A DNA stretch of 64,000 nt from an uncultured Gemmatimonadales bacterium (GCA_963779755.1 CAVZZO010000001.1:800001-864000); one strand, 5' to 3'. Positions 1 through 10,281 are shown, counted from the stretch's first letter. Numbers and translations: made by a program. The notes: generated by a model not told the origin, from the letters alone.

Positions 1-286
1 CATCGTAACCCGGGACCAGGTGGAGTACGCCAAGCCCGACCCCGATCTCTTCCTCGCGGCCGCGGCCCGGCTCGATGTGCCCATCAGCGAGTCGGTCGTG
101 GTGGGCGACAGCGTCTGGGATCTGCTGGCGGCCCGCCGGGCCCGGGCGCTGGGCGTCGGACTCCTCTCCGGCGGCTACGGACAGGATGAGCTGGAGCGCG
201 CAGGCGCCTATCGGGTGTACGAGGATCCGGCGAACCTGCTGGCCCACCTGGATGAGGTGGGCGTGAGACTTGGGGAGGAACAGTAG
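1..286 (+). CDS. HAD-family hydrolase (5'-partial)
   Basis: KPDPDLF and VGDSVWDLLAA match HAD motifs III/IV; the ORF runs off the window start. Confidence 0.85.
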   Translation, partial: IVTRDQVEYAKPDPDLFLAAAARLDVPISESVVVGDSVWDLLAARRARALGVGLLSGGYGQDELERAGAYRVYEDPANLLAHLDEVGVRLGEEQ

Positions 287-302
287 AGCAGAACGGGAAG
301 GC

Positions 303-890
303 TCAGCCTCGGGCCTGCTCATCCACCTCCGCTACCCTCCGCGCCGCCTCCGCCCAGTCCACGGCAGGCGCGACATCCATGTCGTCCAGTGCCAGCGAGG
401 CCCGGGCCCGCTGCACCACCACCTCGCCGTCCGGGACGGCGAGGCCGAACTCCAGTTCGGCCCGGCGGCAGAGCCGCTCCTCGCGGGCCCGGGCCTCGCT
501 GGGCAGGGCCCCGCACATCGCCGCCACCCGCGCATGGGTCCCCTCGTGGATGATGGAGGCGGCGATCTCCGGAAGCCCATGGCGGGGATTCACCGTAAAG
601 GTGAGCTCCACCAGACATTCGCGCGTATCGGGGAAAAACGCGCCGCGGCAGGCGAAGCGCTTTACGACAAAGCCGGAAAGATCCTGCCGCAGCCGGTGGT
701 AGCGCCCCGGGGCATACCGTGCGATGAGATCGAGCGCCGCGGCCACGCGACGGGTCACGTCCTCCGTCCGGATATCAGGCCGGCTGTTGTGGATGGTGAC
801 GGGAAAGCCGCGGACGGCAAGGCGCTCGGGTGGCGGGGCCTGATCCCGGGCAGGCTCACCGGAGAGGCGGTTGAGAAGACGGCGGAGCAT
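303..890 (-). CDS. Hypothetical protein, possible zinc metallopeptidase
   Basis: 195-aa ORF with IIHEGTHA (HExxH) and a downstream EE. Confidence 0.55.
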   Translation of the reverse strand: MLRRLLNRLSGEPARDQAPPPERLAVRGFPVTIHNSRPDIRTEDVTRRVAAALDLIARYAPGRYHRLRQDLSGFVVKRFACRGAFFPDTRECLVELTFTVNPRHGLPEIAASIIHEGTHARVAAMCGALPSEARAREERLCRRAELEFGLAVPDGEVVVQRARASLALDDMDVAPAVDWAEAARRVAEVDEQARG

Positions 891-899
891 GAGGGAATT

Positions 900-1466
900 C
901 TAACCTCCTGCGTCTCCCATCCTACCGGTCGTCACGGTCTGGCGGATTCTCTCCAGCTGCCGCCGGTGGGCCAGATCGTGTCCCGCATAGAGCCGCCGCA
1001 TCCGCTCCAGACTTTCCTCGCCCCGCTCGGCGTGTACTCCCACCCGAGCCAGGTCTGTGGCGGAGGCCGTGGCCCAGTATTCCAGGTTCGAGCGCCGAAT
1101 GACGGAAAACCGCTCCAGCCGGTCTTCCACATCGGCGTCTTCGTACCCGAGCCGGTCGGCCCAGGCGTCCTGATCGTAGGCGGGGATCGCCGGCCGGTCG
1201 TGCGCCAGGATCATACGCAGCCGGAAAGCGCCCACCAGCTCGGAGTCGGCCAGATGTGCGATCACCATGCGGGCCGACCATTTCCCAGGGGCCTCGCGCA
1301 CGCCGAGTTGGCTGGCGGAGAACCGGTCCAGCTCCTGGCGCAGGGCGTCCGGCATTTCCCGCAGTACGCTGACGGGATCGCGATCGCCCAGGAGCTCCAG
1401 CAGGGCGGCGCTGTAGGCATCGGCCTGGTGAGGAGTGAGCAGGCCTGCACCGGAAAGAACGGACAT
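900..1466 (-). CDS. DinB/YfiT-family protein
   Basis: GKWS..HLADSE and HDLAH metal-binding His pattern. Confidence 0.85.
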   Translation of the reverse strand: MSVLSGAGLLTPHQADAYSAALLELLGDRDPVSVLREMPDALRQELDRFSASQLGVREAPGKWSARMVIAHLADSELVGAFRLRMILAHDRPAIPAYDQDAWADRLGYEDADVEDRLERFSVIRRSNLEYWATASATDLARVGVHAERGEESLERMRRLYAGHDLAHRRQLERIRQTVTTGRMGDAGG

Positions 1467-1497
1467 CAGAACCTCGGGAGAACGGGGTGGGCTGTGA

Positions 1498-1872
1498 TCA
1501 ACCGGAGTGGTTTCCGGCGGCGCGGGCAGGGGCGGAGCTCTTCCAGGGCAGCCGGCCCTCGACCTCGAGTTGCAGCGTCATGCTGAGAAACGTGCGGATC
1601 AGGACAATGAGGCCGAGCACCGCGACGTTCAGCAGCGTGGGGTCGACTACGACGCTACGAATGATGTCTCCCGCGATCAGAATCTCCAGGCCCAGCAGGA
1701 TCGCCCGGCCCAGATTCTCGCGCATGGTGCGGTAGCGGGCGGCGAACGGCTGGGGGCCGGGGCGGAGGCCGTGCAGAATGGCAAGCACCCCGCCCGCCGC
1801 AACGATGACAACGCCGATGCCATCCAGGACAAGGCCGATCAGGGCCATGCTTTCACGGAAGGTTTCAGTCAC
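1498..1872 (-). CDS. DUF1622 membrane protein
   Basis: LGRAILLGLEILIAGDII...IRTFLS..LEVEGRLPW. Confidence 0.85.
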   Translation of the reverse strand: MTETFRESMALIGLVLDGIGVVIVAAGGVLAILHGLRPGPQPFAARYRTMRENLGRAILLGLEILIAGDIIRSVVVDPTLLNVAVLGLIVLIRTFLSMTLQLEVEGRLPWKSSAPARAAGNHSG

Positions 1873-1905
1873 GGCAGCTCCAGGACCTGGTTGGGCCGAA
1901 AGCTG

Positions 1906-2403
1906 TCAGTGGGGCCCCGGCGTGGCAACGGTGCCGGTGTCTATCCCGGCCATCGCCGCGGCGGGCAGCACCACCAACTGGCCCTGCATCATGGGCAGGT
2001 GGCTCGGCACGCTGCACTTGAACGTGTAAATGCCGGGCCGGGCGGCCACATAGGACGCGTGAGTCACCGTCTGGGGCGGCAGCGCGACGGCAAAATCGCC
2101 CAGGACGAACGAGTGGACGTCGTCTTCCGGGTTGTAGAAGGTAAGCTCGAGCGTATCGCCCTCGCCGGCGGTGAGGTGGTCCGGTACGAAGGCGTAGACC
2201 TCCTTGCCGTCCAGGATACCGCCGGGTGCGAAATCGGGCCGGAGAAACGGCAGGACGCCCTGCATTTCTCTGACCAGCAGTGGGACCGTGGTGATGGTCA
2301 GCTTGCGGATATGCGGCTGGTACGCTGTTGCCGGTTCGGCGCGACCGCCGCAGGCGAGCAGCGACAGGCAGACGCCGGAGGCCAGCAAGCGGCGCCGTGT
2401 CAT
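1906..2403 (-). CDS. Cupredoxin-domain lipoprotein
   Basis: Lipobox LLAC; type-1 Cu ligand pattern H...C-x4-H-x3-M; start reassigned to ATG 2403. Confidence 0.75.
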   Translation of the reverse strand: MTRRRLLASGVCLSLLACGGRAEPATAYQPHIRKLTITTVPLLVREMQGVLPFLRPDFAPGGILDGKEVYAFVPDHLTAGEGDTLELTFYNPEDDVHSFVLGDFAVALPPQTVTHASYVAARPGIYTFKCSVPSHLPMMQGQLVVLPAAAMAGIDTGTVATPGPH

Positions 2404-2416
2404 CGGGGAGTGGCGA

Positions 2417-2719
2417 CTAGTCCGGCCCCCACCAGAGGGTCCGGGTACGATGCGGTGCTTCCCGGGACGGCACCGGCGGGCCGGAGGGCACGGCGTGAGC
2501 CTGGGCCCAGCGCAGCAGGGCCCGGTCGACATCTTGATCGGCCTGATCGGGATTGTAGGGCAGCGCGGGGCAGCGGTGGCCTTCGACCATCAGGTGCCAC
2601 ATCGGCGGCGTACCGTCTTCGCCTTTGCGAGGGTTCGGCGGCTGGCCCTCGTAGGCGACGAAATGAAAGGTCCGCTCGCCGATGGTGAGGCGGCGCTGCT
2701 GCGGTTTGAACGTGCTCAG
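2417..2719 (-). CDS. Hypothetical protein with probable CTG start
   Basis: Frame stays open and protein-like upstream of ATG 2602 (STFKPQQRRLTIGERTFHFVAYEG); GGAG lies 6 nt before CTG 2719. Confidence 0.6.
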   Translation of the reverse strand: MSTFKPQQRRLTIGERTFHFVAYEGQPPNPRKGEDGTPPMWHLMVEGHRCPALPYNPDQADQDVDRALLRWAQAHAVPSGPPVPSREAPHRTRTLWWGPD

Positions 2720-2857
2720 AGGGCGCTCCGGGACGGAGGGAAAGCCCAGGCGCTGAAATGGAGCACCACGAGGCTCAGCGAAGAATGACCCCTGAAAGAT
2801 AGCCCGATGGACCGCCGGATGACGGGGTCGCCCGGATCGGTGGGTGGTCGCGCCCTG

Positions 2858-3022
2858 CTAGGGCTGAATGCTGGTGTCCGGCGAGTCGGACTCGTCTCCC
2901 GGCTCCCGGTCGGAGGAGCGGGTGTTGTTGCGCTCGTTCCGGCGGCGCATCTTTTCCTGTTTCTTGCGTTGCTTGGCGAGTTCTTTCTGGCGCTTTTCGA
3001 ATCCGTAGTTGCGCTTGGGCAA
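2858..3022 (-). CDS. Small basic hypothetical protein
   Basis: TTG start; PKRNYGFEKRQKELAKQRKKQEK resembles a widespread family of small Lys/Arg-rich proteins. Confidence 0.7.
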   Translation of the reverse strand: MPKRNYGFEKRQKELAKQRKKQEKMRRRNERNNTRSSDREPGDESDSPDTSIQP

Positions 3023-3121
3023 TGATCGCTCGCTGCCTGAGGATGAGTTGGCGGGCGGACCCCTGGAACATAATGCAAAGCGTCCGTGATGCACCCTGGG
3101 CCGATCCGCCCGCCCCGGAAT

Positions 3122-3151
3122 GACGCCGGCTGGGTTCGGCCAGCCGGCGTC
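3122..3151. terminator. Perfect 12-bp GC hairpin downstream of the beta-propeller gene
   Basis: GACGCCGGCTGG-N6-CCAGCCGGCGTC; no clear U-tract. Confidence 0.4.
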
Positions 3152-3212
3152 GCCTGCAGGTTGTTGCGTTTCGTGGCTGCGGCGGCGGTGATGGGCGCCG
3201 GGGCGGGGCCGG

Positions 3213-4238
3213 CTACGGCTCCAGCACCAGCAAGGTGAAGCTCCCCGGCACCAGGGGCGGGCGGCGGCGCTGCCCCGAAGCCGCCCGGGGCGCCGGCCCG
3301 TATTCGGCGGAAACAGTGTAGAGGCGGTGGCTGGCCGGGTCGAGCTCCATGGTGCGGGCGCCGGGCTGCGTTGTTACGGTCTGTACTACGTGAAAGGTGG
3401 CCGGGCTGTCTTCGTGGATGACGGTAATGGCGCCGTCGCCGGTGGAAGCGAAGGCGAGCCCGGTGCCGGCGTCAAACCGGCAGGCATCCACGCCGCGCCC
3501 GATGGAGTCGCTGGCGATCACCGTGCCGGCCTGCGCATCGGAGATGGCCATTACCTGATTATGGCAGCCGCTGAAGAGCAGGTGATGCACCCGGTCGATC
3601 GCCAGCCCGGAGGGCGACTCGCAGGGCGCGAGCGGCCACTTACGGAGCACCTTCATGCCGGCCGCGTCGATCTCCGCCACCTGGGAGCTGCTCTCCAGGT
3701 TGACGTAGATGCGTCCCTGGCCGTCGGAGACGCCGAACTCCGGCTTGGCACCCAGGTCGATAGTCCCGAGTCGCGCGCCGGAAGCGGGGTCAATCACGCT
3801 GGCGCTATGGGCATCCCCGTTGAAGGTAAAGATGTGCCGGGTTGCCGGATCGAAGAGAATGGCGTCGTCATCCACATCCACCAGGGTCCGGCCGAGCACC
3901 TTGAACGTCCTGAGGTCGAAGATGACCACGGTGCTGTCGGCGCCGCTGGTAGCGAACCCCCTGCCCAGCTCGTCGTCCACCGCGACGCCGTGGGCGCGCT
4001 CGAGCCCGGTCACTTGGCCCAGCACGGTGCCGTTGGCCGGATCGACCACCATGATCCGGTCCTGCCGCCCGATGTAGAGCTTATGGCTGGTGGTATCGAG
4101 GGTGAGGTAGTCCCAACCGCCATCGCCGCCCAGTTTGTAGCGCTGAGCGACATGATAGGATTGGGCGTCGGCGAGGGCGGGAAGGAACAGGGCGAGCGCG
4201 AGGACGATCAGGACGGTGCGTAGCGGCGGGCGGGACAT
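3213..4238 (-). CDS. YncE/YVTN-type beta-propeller secreted protein
   Basis: Signal peptide; GGDGGWDYL, GAKPEF and GARTM motifs. Confidence 0.85.
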   Translation of the reverse strand: MSRPPLRTVLIVLALALFLPALADAQSYHVAQRYKLGGDGGWDYLTLDTTSHKLYIGRQDRIMVVDPANGTVLGQVTGLERAHGVAVDDELGRGFATSGADSTVVIFDLRTFKVLGRTLVDVDDDAILFDPATRHIFTFNGDAHSASVIDPASGARLGTIDLGAKPEFGVSDGQGRIYVNLESSSQVAEIDAAGMKVLRKWPLAPCESPSGLAIDRVHHLLFSGCHNQVMAISDAQAGTVIASDSIGRGVDACRFDAGTGLAFASTGDGAITVIHEDSPATFHVVQTVTTQPGARTMELDPASHRLYTVSAEYGPAPRAASGQRRRPPLVPGSFTLLVLEP

Positions 4239-4343
4239 GGCGGCTCCGGAAGGGAATGCCGGCAATAGATACGGCCAGGGGATGACAGGACCATGTCACC
4301 CCGCCGCTGGCGCGACGCTCAGTCTTCAATCCTCGTTCGGCGC

Positions 4344-4972
4344 GCCCTCGCCGAGCCTCCCTCTGCGCGCCGAAGTGCGCCAGCGGGGAAAGGATGTCGC
4401 CTGTCCCGAGGGCACATACGCGCGCTCCGGGAGGCATCGGCTTCGGGCCCGCCACTTCGCTGTCCGCTCAGTCTTCAGGCCTCGTTCGGCTCGCCCTCGC
4501 CGAGCCTCCCTCCGCGCGCCGACGGATCGCTTCGCGGCGATCAGATCCCCATCCACCGGCGGGCGCTCCTGACGCGCGCTGCGGGAGGCATCGGCTTCGG
4601 GCTCGCTCTTGCCGTCTTGCCGTCCTGCCGCCTTGCCGTGCCACTCGGTCCTCAGTCCTTTCCTCTTCTGGTCCCGTTTTCTATCTTGCTTCGCCCTCGC
4701 CGAGCCTCCCTCCGCGCGCCGACGGATCGCTTCGCGGCGATCAGATCCCCATCCCCCGGCGGGCGCTCCTGACGCGCGCTCCGGGAGGCATCGGCTTCGG
4801 GCTCGCGCTTGCCGTCCTGCCGGCTTGCCGTCCCACTCGGTCCTCGGTCCTCAGTCCTCGTTTCGGCTCGCCCTCGCCGAGCCTCCCTCCGCGCGCCGAA
4901 GTGCGCCAGCGGGGAAGGGCGTCGCCTGTTCTGAGGGCACATACGCGCGCTCCGGGACCACCGGCTTCGGGC
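4344..4972. repeat. Four ~105-110 bp palindromic units with two alternative loop types (A-B-B-A)
   Basis: Units at 4344-4448, 4493-4602, 4693-4802 and 4870-4972 share the arms GCCCTCGCCGAGCCTCCCTCYGCGCG and CGCGCGCTSCGGGAGGCATCGGCTTCGGGC (unit 4 right arm slightly diverged). Confidence 0.9.
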
Positions 4973-5004
4973 TCGCCACTCGCTGTCCGCTCATTCCTCA
5001 GTCC

Positions 5005-5346
5005 TCAGTTCGCGTGCGCTACAATGACCGAGTCGTAGCGCCGGATGTAGCGATGCGAGGCCTCCCAGAGCCGCCGGTCGCGCGGGTTGGTGATGTTGGC
5101 TCCCATCCGGACCACCAGTTTGGAGCGCGTCCGGTCAGGGGCGGTATCACCCGGAGCCCAGCGCTGGCCGCCGTACTCCCCCACCAGCAGCCGGTGATCG
5201 TCCGAGGCGAGGGCGCGTGTCGCGTCGGCCACGGGATTGTCCTTCTCGAAACGGCGGAGCTGGGCCCAGTCGGACAGGCGCCAGACTCCGGCGGCGATGA
5301 GCAGGATCAGGAAAATGGCGAGCACCCCGTACAGCGCGGTTTTCAT
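5005..5346 (-). CDS. Hypothetical membrane-anchored protein
   Basis: N-terminal TM helix MKTALYGVLAIFLILLIAAGVW. Confidence 0.6.
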   Translation of the reverse strand: MKTALYGVLAIFLILLIAAGVWRLSDWAQLRRFEKDNPVADATRALASDDHRLLVGEYGGQRWAPGDTAPDRTRSKLVVRMGANITNPRDRRLWEASHRYIRRYDSVIVAHAN

Positions 5347-5429
5347 AATTCGTGGCCCCCTTCCGTGGACCCGTTCGGTCGTCCCGAAGAGTGCCCCCCC
5401 GGGGGTTGGCGGACAAGAGGAAAAGGGAC

Positions 5430-5804
5430 TCAGGACTTGGGGGTCGTAGCCCGCTGCCGCCAGACCAGCAGGTAGAGTCCCAGGTTGACCAGCACCACCA
5501 GCAGTCCGAGAATGGTCTGAGTGTGTGCGGTGAGCCCAGGCGGATAGATCAGGGGAATGAGGTAGTGCTCGATGAACCCGCCGGTATAGCCCGCCTGGCC
5601 GGCATGCCGTCGCAACGCCTGCTCCCAGGGCGTGAGCGGGCAGATCCAGCCGGCAAACTCCACCCAGGCCCCCCAGACCAGGGCGGGCAGATGCAGCCAG
5701 ACGATCCAGCGCCGCCACAGGACCAGCAGGGCGCCGAAAACGACAAAGGCTACGAACAGGCCGTGAATGACGACCAGCGCGTCGGCCAGCAAACGGTAGC
5801 TCAT
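5430..5804 (-). CDS. DUF2784 membrane protein
   Basis: LHLPALVWG..GWICPLTPWE..GGFIEHYL. Confidence 0.9.
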   Translation of the reverse strand: MSYRLLADALVVIHGLFVAFVVFGALLVLWRRWIVWLHLPALVWGAWVEFAGWICPLTPWEQALRRHAGQAGYTGGFIEHYLIPLIYPPGLTAHTQTILGLLVVLVNLGLYLLVWRQRATTPKS

Positions 5805-5812
5805 GGTCAGCA

Positions 5813-5913
5813 GATGTCGCAGATTACCCGCATGAGGCAGACGTCCCTCCGCTCCTCGCCGGCATTGCCCAGCGGGCCGGAATCATCCCGCGATCTGCGT
5901 AATCTGTGACATC
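5813..5913. repeat. MITE-like element with 15-bp inverted ends
   Basis: GATGTCGCAGATTAC (5813-5827) and GTAATCTGTGACATC (5899-5913) are 14/15 complementary. Confidence 0.6.
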
Positions 5914-5919
5914 CATGTA

Positions 5920-6070
5920 ATCTGTGTAATCTGCGGGACCTGGGGATCTGTGTAATCTGCGGACCTGGGGATCTGTGTAATCTGCGGACCTGGGGATCTG
6001 TGTAATCTGCGGACCTGGGGATCTGTGTAATCTGCGGACCTGGGGATCTGTGTAATCTGCGGACCTGGAG
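5920..6070. repeat. 25-bp tandem repeat, 6 copies
   Basis: ATCTGTGTAATCTGCGGACCTGGGG at 5920 (26-bp variant), 5946, 5971, 5996, 6021 and 6046. Confidence 0.95.
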
Positions 6071-6075
6071 CGCCC

Positions 6076-8346
6076 ATGCGGATATTGCCCCGAACGATCA
6101 TCGCCAGCCTGGCATGCTTCCAAGGTCTGATCGCCGCGCCGGTCGTCGCCCAGGCGGCGGGCGGCCTGGATTCCGCCGCGATCGAATCGCGGGTGGATTC
6201 TCTCCTCGCCCGGATGACCGCAGAGGAAAAGGCCGGCCAGTTGACGGTCATCGGCCGGGACAACCCCCGCTTCCAGCAGCTGGTCGAGGCCGGGCTGGTG
6301 GGCGCCACGGGCGGCGTGCTGGGCGATGTGGACGTGCCGCAGTACGCCCACCAGATCCAGCGGTGGGCCCGGCATTCCCGGCTCCGCATTCCCCTGCTTC
6401 TCACCGGCGACGTGGTCCACGGCTATCGCACCATCTTTCCGGTGCCCATGGCGGTGGCGGCGAGCTTTGATCCCTCGCTGATCCATGAGATGGACAGCGT
6501 CGCGGCCGTGGAGGCAACCGCCGCCGGGGTTACCTGGACCTATGCGCCCATGGTGGACATCGGGCGCGACCCGCGCTGGGGCCGGGTGCTCGAGGGGGCC
6601 GGGGAGGATCCCTTCCTGGGCAGCGCGGTCGCCCGCGCGGCGGTACATGGATTCCAGGGCGCCAGTCTGGCCGATCGCCATACCATGCTCGCCACCGCCA
6701 AGCATTTCGCCGGCTACGGCTTCGTGGAAGCGGGACGGGATTACAACCTGGTAGATATCTCCGAACGGCGGCTCTATTCGGTAGTACTGCCGCCGTTCCG
6801 CGCCGCGGTCGACGCGGGGGTTGGGTCGGTCATGGCGGCCTTCGTCTCGCTCAACGGCGTGCCGGCCACCGCCAACCCCTGGTTGCTGAAGGACATTCTG
6901 CGGCACCAGTGGGGTTTTCGCGGTGTTCTGGTTTCTGATTACGACGCGGTGCCCCAGCTGCAGCAGCATGGGTATGCGGCCGATTCGGTAGACGCGGCCC
7001 GCGAGGCGCTCCTGGCGGGGGTGGATATGGACCTCCACAGCGGGACCTATCTCGCCACCCTGCCCGCCCTGGTGCAATCGGGGAAGGTGCCCATGCCGGC
7101 GCTGGACAGCGCGGTGCGCCGGGTGCTGCGCGCCAAGTTCGCGCTGGGCCTGATGGACGATCCCTTCCGCTACGGCGACTCCGCCCTGAGCCAGGACTCT
7201 CTCCTGGCAGCCCACCGGCCCATCGCGCGCGAAATCGCCCGCCGCAGCATGGTGCTGCTGCGCAACGAGAACAATCTGCTGCCGCTCAGCAGGGCGATCC
7301 GCTCCATCGCCGTGATCGGCCCCCTGGCCGACAACCAGGCCGACCTGCTGGGGGCGATGCATGCGGTGGGCCGCGACAGCGAGGCGGTCAGTGTCCTGCG
7401 CGGGATCACCCAGGCCGTCTCGCGGGGCACGGTGGTGCGCTACGTGCGCGGCGCCGGTTTCATGGACACGAACACGACCAGGGGCATTCCCGACACCAGC
7501 ACCGCGGGTTTCAGCGCGGCATTGGCGGCCGCCCGGCAATCGGAGGTTACCATCATGGTGCTGGGCGAAAGCACCGGCATGAGCGGCGAGGCCGACAGCC
7601 GGGCGGATCTGGGGCTGCCCGGGGTTCAGCTCGATCTGCTGCGGCGCGTGGCAAAGCTGGGCAAGCCGATGGTGGTGGTGCTCATGGGCGGCCGGCCGCT
7701 GGTGATCCCCTGGCTGGCCGAGCATGTGCCCGCCATCCTGGAGGCCTGGCTGCCGGGCACCGAAGGCGGGCATGCGGTAGCCGATATTCTCTTCGGCGAC
7801 TACAACCCGTCGGCCCGACTGCCGATGACCTTCCCCCGCAGCGTGGGGCAGATCCCCATCTACTACGCGCACCAGAGCACCGGCCGCCCGTTCAATCCGA
7901 AGGACAAGTACACCACCCGCTACATCGACGTCTCCAACACCCCGCTCTATCCCTTCGGGTACGGGCTGAGCTACACGACTTTCGCGTATTCATCCCCCAC
8001 GCTGTCCACCCGAACGCTCGGCTGGGACGATACCCTGACGGTTTCGGTCTCGGTGAAGAACACCGGCCATCGCTCCGGCACCGAGGTGGTACAGCTCTAT
8101 GTCCACGACCTGGTAGCGAGCATGAGCCCGGCGGTGGAGCAGTTACGGGGGTTCCAGCGGGTCGAGCTCAAGCCGGGAGAATCGAAACGCGTGACATTCC
8201 GGATCAGCCGCGGTGATCTGGCCTTTTACCATCCGGACAGCGGCTGGGAGGCCGAGACCGGCGGGTTTGAAGTGCAGGTGGGCGGCAGCTCGGCTGAGGG
8301 AGGCACCGCCCGATTTGAGCTGAAAGGACTGAGGACTGAGGACTGA
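6076..8346 (+). CDS. bglX: GH3 beta-glucosidase (BglX-like), secreted
   Basis: RDPRWGR, KHFAGYG and VSDY nucleophile; C-terminal Fn3-like domain (EVVQLYVHD). Confidence 0.92.
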   Translation: MRILPRTIIASLACFQGLIAAPVVAQAAGGLDSAAIESRVDSLLARMTAEEKAGQLTVIGRDNPRFQQLVEAGLVGATGGVLGDVDVPQYAHQIQRWARHSRLRIPLLLTGDVVHGYRTIFPVPMAVAASFDPSLIHEMDSVAAVEATAAGVTWTYAPMVDIGRDPRWGRVLEGAGEDPFLGSAVARAAVHGFQGASLADRHTMLATAKHFAGYGFVEAGRDYNLVDISERRLYSVVLPPFRAAVDAGVGSVMAAFVSLNGVPATANPWLLKDILRHQWGFRGVLVSDYDAVPQLQQHGYAADSVDAAREALLAGVDMDLHSGTYLATLPALVQSGKVPMPALDSAVRRVLRAKFALGLMDDPFRYGDSALSQDSLLAAHRPIAREIARRSMVLLRNENNLLPLSRAIRSIAVIGPLADNQADLLGAMHAVGRDSEAVSVLRGITQAVSRGTVVRYVRGAGFMDTNTTRGIPDTSTAGFSAALAAARQSEVTIMVLGESTGMSGEADSRADLGLPGVQLDLLRRVAKLGKPMVVVLMGGRPLVIPWLAEHVPAILEAWLPGTEGGHAVADILFGDYNPSARLPMTFPRSVGQIPIYYAHQSTGRPFNPKDKYTTRYIDVSNTPLYPFGYGLSYTTFAYSSPTLSTRTLGWDDTLTVSVSVKNTGHRSGTEVVQLYVHDLVASMSPAVEQLRGFQRVELKPGESKRVTFRISRGDLAFYHPDSGWEAETGGFEVQVGGSSAEGGTARFELKGLRTED

Positions 8347-8371
8347 GGAGTGGCTATTTTCCGCCCGCCCG

Positions 8372-9561
8372 TTAGAAGAACGCGGTCAGCGCAAGGTAGG
8401 TGTACACCGGTACCTCGCCGTACTCTGTTTTGGGAAACCCGTTCTGCCGCACTCCGCCCGGGCCGGCGCTCAGGAAGACGCCCAGGCGTCCCTGGATCTC
8501 GCTCGTGATCGATACGCTGATCGCCGGCGCGAGAAACGCGCTGCCGTCCCGCAGGTTCACGATCGTGAGGAACTCGGTGCTGACCAGGGGATGCACCTGC
8601 CATGAGGCGTCCACCAGCGCCTCGTCCCGCCCCAGTACCTGCAACTCCCCGCGCCGGTAGGCACCGGAGCCGAACACCAGCGGGAGATCTGCGGTGTGGG
8701 CGGCGCCGAACCCGTCGTGCTGCGCTTCCAGCAGCAGGTAGAGGTCCCGGCCGAAGAGCGACACCCGCCGGTCGGCGCCGGCCGCGGCGCGGAGCACGGC
8801 CCCGCCGCCGTCTCCACGGCGGAGGCTCAGGTTTCCCCGCACCACCCAGCCGCCGAGGCTCCGGTCCACGCCGATCGCACCGGCGGGATCGTCGTGCAGC
8901 ACGCCGGCCCAGGCGGAAAAATCCCAGGGCGAGGCGGAGGTGCGGGCGCGCAGCAGTGCCGTGGTGCGGCGGCCGCCGGGATAGGATTCGGGCCGCAGGA
9001 CCAGGTCCACACTGGTGAACGGCCCCGGGAAGTACTGCAACCGCGCGGCATCCACGCCGGCGCGGTATTCCCGGAAGGGGTCGCTCGGGTCGAACGGCGC
9101 GAAGGGGTCGCCCGGTGTGAAATAGAGCGTCGTGGCCCAGGAGATCGCCTGCCGGCCGACGGTGAGTTGCACCTGCGGCCCCAGATTCACCGCGGCGGAG
9201 AGACGGTCGAGGCGGTGCCGCCAGAAATAGTGGCTCCCCGAGGCGACCTGCCAGTCGAGGTCGGCCCGGTTACCGGAAGCCGCCGCAGCGCTACCGGGGA
9301 GCAGGGAGAACGACGCGCCGACATTCTGACTGTACAGGAAAATGTGTTCGTAGGCCACATCCAGCGTCGCCGGACCGAGCGGGGCGTTCAGCATGAGCCG
9401 CAGGCGCTGGTAATCGAAGGTGCCCGGCCGGGTAATCGCGCTGGAGCCCTGCCGGGAAGCGGCGTTCAGATAGTAGCCGCTCAGGCCCGGCTGCTGGGCG
9501 TGCGCCGCAGCGGGGAGGAGCCCGGCGGCGACCAGCGCGGCGGCGGCGCGGCGCGGGATGG

Positions 9562-9565
<4 letters not shown>
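8372..9565 (-). CDS. Putative outer-membrane beta-barrel protein of the ABC operon
   Basis: Signal peptide, VGRQAISW and GVDAAR motifs, C-terminal Phe; overlaps the ATPase stop. Confidence 0.7.

Positions 9566-10281
<716 letters not shown>

Noticed and set aside
4344..4972. CRISPR array, tRNA cluster or integron attC array
   Set aside because: The inserts recur (only two types), there is no tRNA cloverleaf or T-loop, and there are no attC core sites or cassette ORFs.
4081..5038. ORFs called across the hairpin array
   Set aside because: The translations are repetitive products of the DNA repeat with no protein-like features.
5920..6070. CRISPR array
   Set aside because: The 25-bp units are head-to-tail with no unique spacers, and there are no cas genes in the window.
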